Of a stretch of DNA of 64,000 bases, positions 18,795 to 27,447 are shown piece by piece. Within the stretch, counting starts at the first letter, position 1. Each line of letters opens with the position of its first letter. The notes under the pieces are model-generated. The model was not told where the DNA came from, made no database searches, and saw only the letters and a list, made by a program, of their open reading frames with translations. Origin of the DNA: Alphaproteobacteria bacterium (lineage in GTDB: Bacteria; Pseudomonadota; Alphaproteobacteria; RF32; CAG-239); the NCBI GenBank assembly GCA_017546315.1, contig JAFYXH010000009.1, forward strand, positions 6,390-70,389. The letters are read 5' to 3'. The position numbers and the translations under genes are program-made.

Positions 18795-20489
18795 CTAATC
18801 CTCTTCTTCAAAATAAATATTTGCCATTTCTCCAGATAAATCTGGCTCTCTCTCAGATAAAGTACTTAAATTTTTACGAATTATCGTTTCTATTTTAGCA
18901 CCTTTAAATTCTTCAAGAATCTTTTTAACTAGGGGATATTCTGACACATTTTTTGTTTTTGCTTCAACCTTTGTTTTCTCTTTATCCGCAATAGTTTCAC
19001 CTATTTGTCCTTTGATAATATCTATTTCCCATTTTAGGCCTGTTGTATCTGTCAGCAATTTATGTAAAGACATAATAAAATCTTGATGTATATTAGGACT
19101 AATATGCATCTTAATATGACCATTTTTAAATTCGTCTATGCTTACATCATTTTTTATAGAATATTCGACAAGTATCTTTTTGGTTATTTCTAGATAACGT
19201 AAAAAATCTTCAACAGTATTAAATTCCTCATATTTTTTACCACCATAAATATCATCATTTAGGTTATTTTTTTTTTCAAAAGCTCCATGAGGCTTTGTCG
19301 TTTCTATCAAACTAGAGTTTTTTTTTATCTCATTTAACATTTCAAATGGAGTTGGCAAGGATGCAGAGTATGCAACTCTTAGCAGTATCATCTCTAACGC
19401 TTCAACAGATGAAGGAGCAAGATTTAACTCACTAAGACCTTTAATTAGCATCTGCCAAATTTTTGATAAAACAGCTAAAGAAGATGCCTCGCTTAGACTT
19501 GAAAAAGTATTACGCTCTATCTCGCTTAAACTTGTAGAGGTGAGTAAAGATGGTAAAATCTTCACCTTTGCCATGTCATGAGTTATATTGATTAAATCTT
19601 GCAAAATAATCAAAGGTGTTGCACCGTATGTATATTGCTCTGCTACGTTGCCTAGAACTTTTTCCATATCACCTTTTATTAGGCTTTCAAACAATGATAA
19701 TGTTTGCCCTCTATCTGCAAGCCCTAGCATTTTTTTTACAACATCAGTTTTGATATCTCCATCACTTAAAACTATTGATTGATCAAGCAAAGATAACCCA
19801 TCTCGAGCAGAGCCATCTGCTGCTTTTGCGATAATATCGAGCGCTTCTTGTTCGGCTGGAATATTCTCTTTAGTTAAAATTTTAGTAAATAAGTTCTTGA
19901 GAGTTTCAACACTTAGGCGTTGCAAATCAAAACGTTGACAACGTGATAAAATGGTTACAGGAACTTTTCTTATTTCTGTTGTAGCAAAAATAAATTTCAC
20001 ATGTGCTGGAGGTTCTTCCAACGTCTTTAAGAGTGCATTAAATGCACCTTTGGACAACATGTGAACTTCGTCGATGATATATACTTTATATCTTGCATTT
20101 GTTGGAGCATAACGTGAGCTATCCAACAATTCTCGAACATCATCTACACCTGTGTGAGATGCAGCATCGAGTTCCATAACATCCATGTGCCTACCTTGAG
20201 CTATTGTTTTACAATTCTCACATTCTCCACAAGGATGAATTGTTGGCCCACCTTGTCCGTCTGCTCCTCGGCAATTTAGAGCTCTAGCAATTAATCTTGC
20301 TGTTGTTGTCTTACCAACACCTCTAATTCCTGTTAAAATATATGCGTGATGAAGGCGATTATTTTGTATCGCATTGGTTAATGTTCTAACTAACGCATCT
20401 TGTCCAAGCAAATCTTCAAAATTTTGAGGACGATATTTGCGAGCTAATACAACATATTGATTTTCTTTATTATCTTCCAACATCTTCAC
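18795..20489 (-). CDS. dnaX: DNA polymerase III subunit tau/gamma
   Basis: LARKYRPQ, GIRGVGKTT, IIDEVHML, LKTLEEPP, SRCQRF. Confidence 0.97.
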   Translation of the reverse strand: MKMLEDNKENQYVVLARKYRPQNFEDLLGQDALVRTLTNAIQNNRLHHAYILTGIRGVGKTTTARLIARALNCRGADGQGGPTIHPCGECENCKTIAQGRHMDVMELDAASHTGVDDVRELLDSSRYAPTNARYKVYIIDEVHMLSKGAFNALLKTLEEPPAHVKFIFATTEIRKVPVTILSRCQRFDLQRLSVETLKNLFTKILTKENIPAEQEALDIIAKAADGSARDGLSLLDQSIVLSDGDIKTDVVKKMLGLADRGQTLSLFESLIKGDMEKVLGNVAEQYTYGATPLIILQDLINITHDMAKVKILPSLLTSTSLSEIERNTFSSLSEASSLAVLSKIWQMLIKGLSELNLAPSSVEALEMILLRVAYSASLPTPFEMLNEIKKNSSLIETTKPHGAFEKKNNLNDDIYGGKKYEEFNTVEDFLRYLEITKKILVEYSIKNDVSIDEFKNGHIKMHISPNIHQDFIMSLHKLLTDTTGLKWEIDIIKGQIGETIADKEKTKVEAKTKNVSEYPLVKKILEEFKGAKIETIIRKNLSTLSEREPDLSGEMANIYFEEED

Positions 20490-20502
20490 ATTCTATTGAG
20501 GC

Positions 20503-20588
20503 GAAGGGAAACAGACCCTGATTTAATTGTTACGGCTGCTTTCTTCCGAACCTGACCGGGTTAGCAACAAATCAACCCTGCTCCCTTC
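20503..20588 (-). ncRNA. ffs: Signal recognition particle 4.5S RNA
   Basis: Minus strand has the helix-8 motif CCCGGTCAGGTTCGGAAGAAAGCAGCC and terminal stem GAAGGGAGCAG / CTGTTTCCCTTC. Directly upstream of dnaX. Confidence 0.92.
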
Positions 20589-20656
20589 ATTGACTTAACA
20601 TTTGTTTATTTATTACGCAAATATTCATAATTTGCAAGTTTAAAATTTTTAATATG

Positions 20657-21913
20657 CTAATTATTGTACAACCATTTTAAGACTTCTGAATTATTCTTGC
20701 CATAAACCTTTGGCAAGGCATCATATGATATATAACGAACATCAAATTCATTTTCAACATATTCAGCATTTTTCTCACCTTGAGCGACAACTTTAGGACC
20801 ATTTGATGTAATCTCATATACTTCTAAGCTATGCCAACTTTGGCCTGTTGGTAATACCTTAAAATATCCATTAACGCCGATAAAACCACTTTTTGATGTT
20901 AGGCTTTCTGTTATATCAGTATTTTTCATAGACAATGTGGCTGCCAATAAAACACCATCATAAGCTAATGAATATATACTTTTTGGCATTTCACCAAATG
21001 TTTCTTTGTATTTGCCATTAAAATAAGAAACATAATTTTTAGAAACCATTGGATATACACCGTGATAAAGAATTGTCTCTTTGCTTAAATTTGTATTATC
21101 CCACGCTGATGTTCCCATAAATAAAACCTCTGGATACATTATATCATTATATGCAAACATAGAAGCTAAAGATTTTAAGCGATTTCCACCATCTGCAATC
21201 AAAACTGCATCAAAATCTTTTTCTTCTGACATACTTTTTATAAGAGATGTAAAATCTATGCTTGATTGATTATAAAAACCAACCTTAACAAGCTTAATTC
21301 CTTTATTTTGAGCACTTCCTAAAGCTGATTTTAAGACATTTAAACCACTATTATTATCAGGAACAACTAGAGCTAAATTTGTTTTGCCTTTGCTTTTAGC
21401 ATAAGACAAAACCCTCTCTATTTGTTCTCCATTTAATAAACCTATACTGTATATTCCTTTTTGTAGAACCTGCGGAGATGTTGTAAAAGAAACAATAGGA
21501 ATATCATATTTCAAAGCAACAGGAGCAACACTTTCAACCTCTTCAAACATAAGAGGACCTAATATCAACTCAGATCCTTCTTTTATTGCATTTTCTGCAG
21601 CATCTTTAGCCCCTAAAGCGGTGCTTTTAGTATCATAAAATTTAAGAATCACGTTATTATCACGTTGATCACTTAGTGCCATAAACATTGCATTTTGCAT
21701 TCCTTTACCAATGTTTTCAGCTTTACCACTTAAAGGAAGCAAAACAGAAACATTAAGAGCATCTATTTTATACATTTCATCACTAATAGCATCATAATCT
21801 ATTATATCATATTTTTGATTGGCTATTTCTATTCTATTATCTGTCAAACGGTTTCCACACCCGATAAGACCCAAAACAAGAAAATATACGGCTATTTTTT
21901 TTAACACTTGCAT
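20657..21913 (-). CDS. Penicillin-binding protein activator-like lipoprotein (LpoA/LppC-type periplasmic binding fold)
   Basis: Lipobox LIGC, VLLPLSG, ELILGPL, SLAYDG, GFIGVNGYF. Divergent from rsmI-yraN. Confidence 0.85.
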   Translation of the reverse strand: MQVLKKIAVYFLVLGLIGCGNRLTDNRIEIANQKYDIIDYDAISDEMYKIDALNVSVLLPLSGKAENIGKGMQNAMFMALSDQRDNNVILKFYDTKSTALGAKDAAENAIKEGSELILGPLMFEEVESVAPVALKYDIPIVSFTTSPQVLQKGIYSIGLLNGEQIERVLSYAKSKGKTNLALVVPDNNSGLNVLKSALGSAQNKGIKLVKVGFYNQSSIDFTSLIKSMSEEKDFDAVLIADGGNRLKSLASMFAYNDIMYPEVLFMGTSAWDNTNLSKETILYHGVYPMVSKNYVSYFNGKYKETFGEMPKSIYSLAYDGVLLAATLSMKNTDITESLTSKSGFIGVNGYFKVLPTGQSWHSLEVYEITSNGPKVVAQGEKNAEYVENEFDVRYISYDALPKVYGKNNSEVLKWLYNN

Positions 21914-21984
21914 TTATTCCTAAAATATTTACAATTATGTTATTCTATTTAAATCAAAAAACGTTTTTTGTAAAGAGTTATAAA

Positions 21985-22827
21985 ATGACTAATCCATCTT
22001 TATATATTGTTGCAACACCTATTGGAAATTTGAATGATTTATCAATTAGGGCTAAAGAAGTCCTGAACAGTGTTGATATTATTGTTGCTGAAGATACGCG
22101 TGAAACAAAAAAACTTTTTGGGTTAGTTGGAATTAGCTGTAATAAAAAATTTATTGCTTATGAAGACCATTTTGAACAAGAAAAAGTTCAAGAAATTATA
22201 AATTTAATCAATGAAGGCTACACTCTTGCTTTGGTTAGTGATGCTGGCTCTCCTCTTATTTCTGATCCAGGGTATAAATTAGTTAGAGAATGCAGAAAAA
22301 GAGATATCAAAATCACCACTGTTCCTGGGTGCTGTGCGGTTATATCAGCTCTTCAACTTTCTGGCCTCCCAACAAACCGTTTTATGTTTGCAGGTTTTGT
22401 TCCCAACAAAGATAAGGCAAGAATCGACTTTTTCAATGAACTAAAAGATATAAACTCAACATTGGTCGTATATGAAACTGCAAACCGAATCCTTAAAACT
22501 CTTTATGCAATAAAAGATACATTAAATGACCGAGAAGTTTCTATTGTTAGAGAAATTACCAAAATGTATGAGGAATGTTTATTTGGAGATGTAAAAGATG
22601 TTATAGCTCAAATTGAAGAAAAAAACATAAAAGGAGAAGTTGTTGTTGTTATAGCACCACCATCTGAAAATGATTATGAAGATATAGATATTAGTAGCGA
22701 ATTAGAAAAAGAGTTAGAGAACTCAACTCTAAAAGATGCAGTAAAAAAAATAACAGAAAAATATAAATTAAAACGAAGTGATGTATATGAAAAAGCTCTT
22801 GAAATTAAAAATCACTCCGTACAATAG
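21985..22827 (+). CDS. rsmI: 16S rRNA C1402 2'-O-methyltransferase
   Basis: LYIVATPIGNL, AEDTR, LVSDAGSPLISDPG, REITKMYEE. Start moved to ATG 21985. Confidence 0.95.
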   Translation: MTNPSLYIVATPIGNLNDLSIRAKEVLNSVDIIVAEDTRETKKLFGLVGISCNKKFIAYEDHFEQEKVQEIINLINEGYTLALVSDAGSPLISDPGYKLVRECRKRDIKITTVPGCCAVISALQLSGLPTNRFMFAGFVPNKDKARIDFFNELKDINSTLVVYETANRILKTLYAIKDTLNDREVSIVREITKMYEECLFGDVKDVIAQIEEKNIKGEVVVVIAPPSENDYEDIDISSELEKELENSTLKDAVKKITEKYKLKRSDVYEKALEIKNHSVQ

Positions 22828-23188
22828 TGGAATATTAGCTGAGTTCTTGTGTCGAATGTATATGAGAATTTTAGGATATAGAATTATTGCAAAAAATTAT
22901 CGCTCTAGAACAAAAGGAAGAAGAACTCCCTATGGAGAGCTAGATTTTGTTGCAATAAAAAAACAGCGAATCGTTTTCTGCGAAGTTAAAAAAAGAAAAA
23001 ATGATACTGATTTTTGTAAAGCACTTCCTTTAAAACAGCAAAAAAGAATTGTTAATGGCGGATTGAACTTTTTAAGACAAAACAAGAAATTTAGTTCTTA
23101 CAAAATGGAATTTGATGTATTTTTTGTAATACTGCCATTTAAAATTAAACGGATAAAAAACGCAATATATTACGATAATGTGATTTAA
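22778..23188 (+). CDS. yraN: YraN family (UPF0102) endonuclease-like protein
   Basis: GYRIIAKNY...GELDFVA...FCEVK. Follows rsmI. Start uncertain. Confidence 0.85.
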   Translation: MMYMKKLLKLKITPYNSGILAEFLCRMYMRILGYRIIAKNYRSRTKGRRTPYGELDFVAIKKQRIVFCEVKKRKNDTDFCKALPLKQQKRIVNGGLNFLRQNKKFSSYKMEFDVFFVILPFKIKRIKNAIYYDNVI

Positions 23189-23925
23189 TATGTAACCTTG
23201 TTTAGATACAAACCACAAGCAGGAGCTGTTGGACCTGCTTTTTTTCTATCTTTTGCTTCAAGAATTCTTTTTACATCTTCGGGAGATAATTTACCATCTC
23301 CAACACATTTAAGAGTTCCCACAATATTCCTTACTTGATGATAAATAAAAGACTTGGCTTCTAAAATAAAATCAATCTCATCACCATTTTGGATTATATC
23401 TATCTTATCTAATGTTTTGATTGGTGATTTTGCTTGACATCCAGCCCCTCTAAATGATGAAAAATCATGATTACCAATTAGGTATTTTGCACCTTCTCTC
23501 ATTTTTTCAACATCAAGCGGATAACCTACAACCCAAACCCTATTTTTTAGCAATACGGTTGGAGCTCGACGATTTAAAATGCGATATATATATCCTCTTT
23601 TGGTTGCAGAAAAACGAGCATGAAAATCTTTTTCAACCTCTTCAACTTCTAAAACAGAAACAGGAGCTTCTAAAGTTCTAAGTCTTGCGTTTATTGCTTC
23701 TCTTAAATGAAAAACATCCATAGACGTTTCTAAATCAAAATGAGCAACTTGAGATGAAGCATGAACACCAGCATCAGTTCTTCCTGCGGCTACCACCTCT
23801 ACAACTTGATGAGAGAATCCTAAAATTGCTTCCTCTAGATAATATTGAACACTAACCCCCTCGTTCTGTCTTTGCCATCCTTGGAGGTTAGTGCCATCAT
23901 ATTCTATGGTAATTTTATAACGCAT
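23185..23925 (-). CDS. truA: tRNA pseudouridine(38-40) synthase
   Basis: IEYDGT..GWQ, AGRTDAGVHA, FHARF, HQVRNIVG, APACGLYL. Confidence 0.97.
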   Translation of the reverse strand: MRYKITIEYDGTNLQGWQRQNEGVSVQYYLEEAILGFSHQVVEVVAAGRTDAGVHASSQVAHFDLETSMDVFHLREAINARLRTLEAPVSVLEVEEVEKDFHARFSATKRGYIYRILNRRAPTVLLKNRVWVVGYPLDVEKMREGAKYLIGNHDFSSFRGAGCQAKSPIKTLDKIDIIQNGDEIDFILEAKSFIYHQVRNIVGTLKCVGDGKLSPEDVKRILEAKDRKKAGPTAPACGLYLNKVTY

Positions 23926-23934
23926 TATTCTATT

Positions 23935-24963
23935 TTATGCTGCGATAGATTGTTTTTCTTCATAAGTTGAAGATATTGCACGAGCAAAACCTAATGCGTC
24001 TTGTATCTTCCAAACAACACGAAGTGCTTTTAATGCATCAAGACCTGTAATTCTTGGTGTTGTTTTGCCTTTGATACAATCAATAAAGTGAGATAGCTCT
24101 GCTTGCAATGGTTGATTTGTTGGAATAAATAATTGCTCAACACTACCTTTTAAGCCATAATGCATCCATTCTGGAATTTCTTCCTGATTAACATATGGCA
24201 TTCTTCCTTGAGAATGAACGTTGATACTTTGGTTAATAAAGTCCATATCTATGTAGTTTGTATCTGTTGTTACTGTAAGAGTTCTAACACGTGCTTGAGT
24301 GATACGACTTGCAGTTATGTTTGCTGTTGCTCCATTTTCAAACTGAAGAAGAGCTGTGATATAATCTTTACCACTTTCATTACCCAAAGTTTTTACGGCC
24401 ATTGCTTTTACATCAACCACTTCTGATTGAACTAATGATTGTATTACTTCAACATCATGAATCATCAAATCCATTGCAACGTCAACGTCTGTAATACGAC
24501 CAGATGCCGCAGACATACGTTGTGCGGTTAGAGAACGAATCTTAGATGTATCTGATAAAATTTTTCCCATTTGCTCTACAGCTGGGTTAAAACGCTCAAT
24601 ATGACCCACGAGTAATGTTGCGTTGTTATTTTTAGCTGCATTTATAAGACGCATACATTCTTCTTCTGTCGTTGCAAGAGGTTTTTCCATCAAACAATGA
24701 ATACCTTTGTTTAAGAAAAATTCACCAACCTCGCAATGCGCAACAGATGTTGTTACAACACTTACTGCATCAACATTATGAGCAACTTCTTCTAAAGATG
24801 AAAAAGCTTTTATACCAAACATTTCTGCTGCCTTTACAGCATTTTCTGTAAATATATCATAAACACCAACAAGTTCAACTCCTTGAAGTGTTTTGTATGT
24901 TTTTAGATGGTTTCTACCCATCATTCCTGCGCCAATTACGGCTACTTTAATTAAATTTGACAT
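23935..24963 (-). CDS. Gfo/Idh/MocA family oxidoreductase (GnnA-like)
   Basis: GAGMMG Rossmann motif, EKP, VGHIERFNPA, DLMIHD, TASR. Confidence 0.85.
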   Translation of the reverse strand: MSNLIKVAVIGAGMMGRNHLKTYKTLQGVELVGVYDIFTENAVKAAEMFGIKAFSSLEEVAHNVDAVSVVTTSVAHCEVGEFFLNKGIHCLMEKPLATTEEECMRLINAAKNNNATLLVGHIERFNPAVEQMGKILSDTSKIRSLTAQRMSAASGRITDVDVAMDLMIHDVEVIQSLVQSEVVDVKAMAVKTLGNESGKDYITALLQFENGATANITASRITQARVRTLTVTTDTNYIDMDFINQSINVHSQGRMPYVNQEEIPEWMHYGLKGSVEQLFIPTNQPLQAELSHFIDCIKGKTTPRITGLDALKALRVVWKIQDALGFARAISSTYEEKQSIAA

Positions 24964-25128
24964 ATTAAACCCCTTTAAATTTGTCTTTTGGCTTTTATAT
25001 ACTACTTAATTTTATAAAAATCTTCTAAAAATATGTTTCATTTTGTTACAAAAATAATTTATTGACTTCTTGTTGATTTTCTGATATTTTTGTTGTGTTT
25101 TTCTATATTTTTTTAAATTATTTGTGTT

Positions 25129-25350
25129 ATGTTATTAAAGGTTATATGCATTGTAATGGTGGTTGCTTTTTTATTGTTTTATATTTTTTATTACGCTTCT
25201 ACCGAAGTATATAAAAAGACAGCCAAAGGATATTCAAAAGATGAGTTAAAAAAAATGCTCGCAAAGCTTGAGCATGAAGACATCGAATCGTACTCCTTAT
25301 TTAGAGCATGGAAGATTGATGTTTTCATGGAAGAATTTCTTGAACATTGA
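25129..25350 (+). CDS. Small hypothetical membrane-anchored protein
   Basis: 73 aa with an N-terminal TM, followed by a strong terminator. Confidence 0.5.
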   Translation: MLLKVICIVMVVAFLLFYIFYYASTEVYKKTAKGYSKDELKKMLAKLEHEDIESYSLFRAWKIDVFMEEFLEH

Positions 25351-25358
25351 TTACTAGC

Positions 25359-25393
25359 AAAAGAGCCACTCAAAAGAGTGGCTCTTTTTTTTT
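25359..25393. terminator. Bidirectional intrinsic terminator
   Basis: AAAAGAGCCACTC-aaaa-GAGTGGCTCTTTT plus T tract. Confidence 0.88.
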
Positions 25394-25406
25394 ATAATAT
25401 ATTTCT

Positions 25407-26480
25407 TTAATCAATTTCAGCTAAACGTTGAGCTTGATCTTCTGTTATTAGAGCACTAATAATTTCCTCTAAACATTCACCATTAACAATATCATCTAAC
25501 TTATAAAGTGTTAAATTTATACGATGGTCTGTTACTCTTCCTTGAGGATAGTTATATGTTCTTATTCGCTCACTTCTATCACCTGATCCCACTTGAAGTT
25601 TTCTCTTCTCTGAATATGTAGAATCAATATTTGCTTTCTGAGTATCATATAACTTTGCACGAAGATGGTTCATTGCTTTTTCTTTGTTTTTAAATTGAGA
25701 ACGATCATCTTGGCATTGAACTATAATACCTGTTGGAATATGCGTAATTCTAACAGCAGATTCTGTTCTATTTACGTGCTGACCACCTGCACCTGAAGCT
25801 CTATAAACATCAATTTTTAAATCTGCAGGATTTATGTATAAATCCACCTCTTCAATTTCTGGTAATACAGCAACTGTTGCTGCTGATGTATGAACTCTTC
25901 CTTGGGATTCTGTAACCGGAACTCGTTGAACACGATGTGCTCCTGATTCAAATTTTAATTTTGCAAATACATCTTTACCAGTAATTTTGGCAGAAGCTTC
26001 TTTATACCCACCAATTCCATTTTCGTTTGCATCCAAAACTTCAAAACGCCAACCTTGTTTTTGGGAATAGCGTTGATACATTTCAAATAAAACCGCTGCA
26101 AAGAGAGCTGCTTCATCACCACCGGTTCCTGCACGAACTTCTAATATTGCATTCTTCTCATCATCTTCTTCTTTGGGAAGTAATAATACTTTTATCTCTT
26201 TTTCAAGCTCAGGCAACTTTTCTTTTAGCTCATAATATTCCATTTCTGCGAGTTCACGCATTTCTTTATCTAAAGAAGAATCATCTTTCATCTCACCTGC
26301 TTCATTAAAACTCTTTTCCATTCTTTGATAATTTCCAATTGCCTCAACAATAGGATCTAAAATAGATAATTCTTTATTTAGTTTCACAAGCTCCTCTGCT
26401 GTTGTACAAGAAGAGGAAAGAAGAGCTTGAACTTCTTCAAAACGTGTAACAACCCCTGCAAGCTTTTCTTGAAAATTCAT
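25407..26480 (-). CDS. prfA: Peptide chain release factor 1
   Basis: PVT anticodon motif (RVPVTE), GAGGQHVN, RTYNYPQGRVTDHRI. Confidence 0.97.
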   Translation of the reverse strand: MNFQEKLAGVVTRFEEVQALLSSSCTTAEELVKLNKELSILDPIVEAIGNYQRMEKSFNEAGEMKDDSSLDKEMRELAEMEYYELKEKLPELEKEIKVLLLPKEEDDEKNAILEVRAGTGGDEAALFAAVLFEMYQRYSQKQGWRFEVLDANENGIGGYKEASAKITGKDVFAKLKFESGAHRVQRVPVTESQGRVHTSAATVAVLPEIEEVDLYINPADLKIDVYRASGAGGQHVNRTESAVRITHIPTGIIVQCQDDRSQFKNKEKAMNHLRAKLYDTQKANIDSTYSEKRKLQVGSGDRSERIRTYNYPQGRVTDHRINLTLYKLDDIVNGECLEEIISALITEDQAQRLAEID

Positions 26481-26555
26481 AAGTTATTTCCTTTTAACGT
26501 GTTTTCATTCTTTTTTGTTGCTTTTAACAGTTTTATTTAAATTTGCAACTTATTT

Positions 26556-27398
26556 TTACTCTAAGGAATCTACAGAAATATTAGTTTTACGTCTTTTTGC
26601 AAGGTGATCTTTTTTTACACCTTTAACGTATATTTCTACATTCTTAGGGCGCCCAACTGACACAAATAAATCGGTTGTATAATCAACTGTCTTAACATCT
26701 CCTTGATGGAAAACACCTTGAAAATATACTTTATCCTTATTTCTTAGTTCTACCCAACTTTCTCCATTAAATCTAATTTCTACTTTATTATTCTCAAGTA
26801 CTGTATTTGCTGGAGCCTTAACAGATGTATCGCTAGTACTTACTTCTTCTATTGGAATATTATCTGTGGCAGTAGAATTTTCTTCCTCAGCCTCTTGTTC
26901 AATATTTTGTTCCTCATCTTGCTTTTGCTCAAGACCTGTTTCTTCTAAAGAGTTATCTGCAATACTTTCTACTTGTTGGGGAATTGGTGCATTTACTTTT
27001 TTATCTTTTACATTACACATCTGCCATGCTGCATAAACAACAATTAACGCAACAATACCCCAAATTATATGTTTATTATTACTTTTATTAACCTCGGGCT
27101 TAATCTCTTTTTCTTCATTTTTAGCTTGTTCTTCAATTTCTGCAGCTGCTTTATAAAGTTTTACAGCTCTTTCTGTACTTAAACCTAAATAATTTGCATA
27201 AGTTCTTACATATCCTACCCCATAAGGAACAGGAGGAAGAGTTTCATAATCACCTTCTTCTAAAGCTGTTAAATAGATTTTTCTAATGCATAACTCAGCA
27301 GAAACCTCTTCTAAACTTTTTTTACATTTTAGACGATTACTTTTTAGTATTGCACCGATATCGTCAATATCAAATTCTAACTCTTCTTTATTTTCCAT
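26556..27398 (-). CDS. RodZ-like HTH membrane protein
   Basis: N-terminal HTH (LEEGDYETLP..YGVGYVRTYANYLGL), TM, and C-terminal ESWVELR domain. Confidence 0.82.
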   Translation of the reverse strand: MENKEELEFDIDDIGAILKSNRLKCKKSLEEVSAELCIRKIYLTALEEGDYETLPPVPYGVGYVRTYANYLGLSTERAVKLYKAAAEIEEQAKNEEKEIKPEVNKSNNKHIIWGIVALIVVYAAWQMCNVKDKKVNAPIPQQVESIADNSLEETGLEQKQDEEQNIEQEAEEENSTATDNIPIEEVSTSDTSVKAPANTVLENNKVEIRFNGESWVELRNKDKVYFQGVFHQGDVKTVDYTTDLFVSVGRPKNVEIYVKGVKKDHLAKRRKTNISVDSLE

Positions 27399-27447
27399 AG
27401 TTTTGCCCTTTACATAGTATTATTTCGTAGTTATTAAAACATAAAAT

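Noticed and set aside
25407-26480. Release factor as prfB with a programmed frameshift
   Set aside because: The PVT motif and uninterrupted frame identify RF1.
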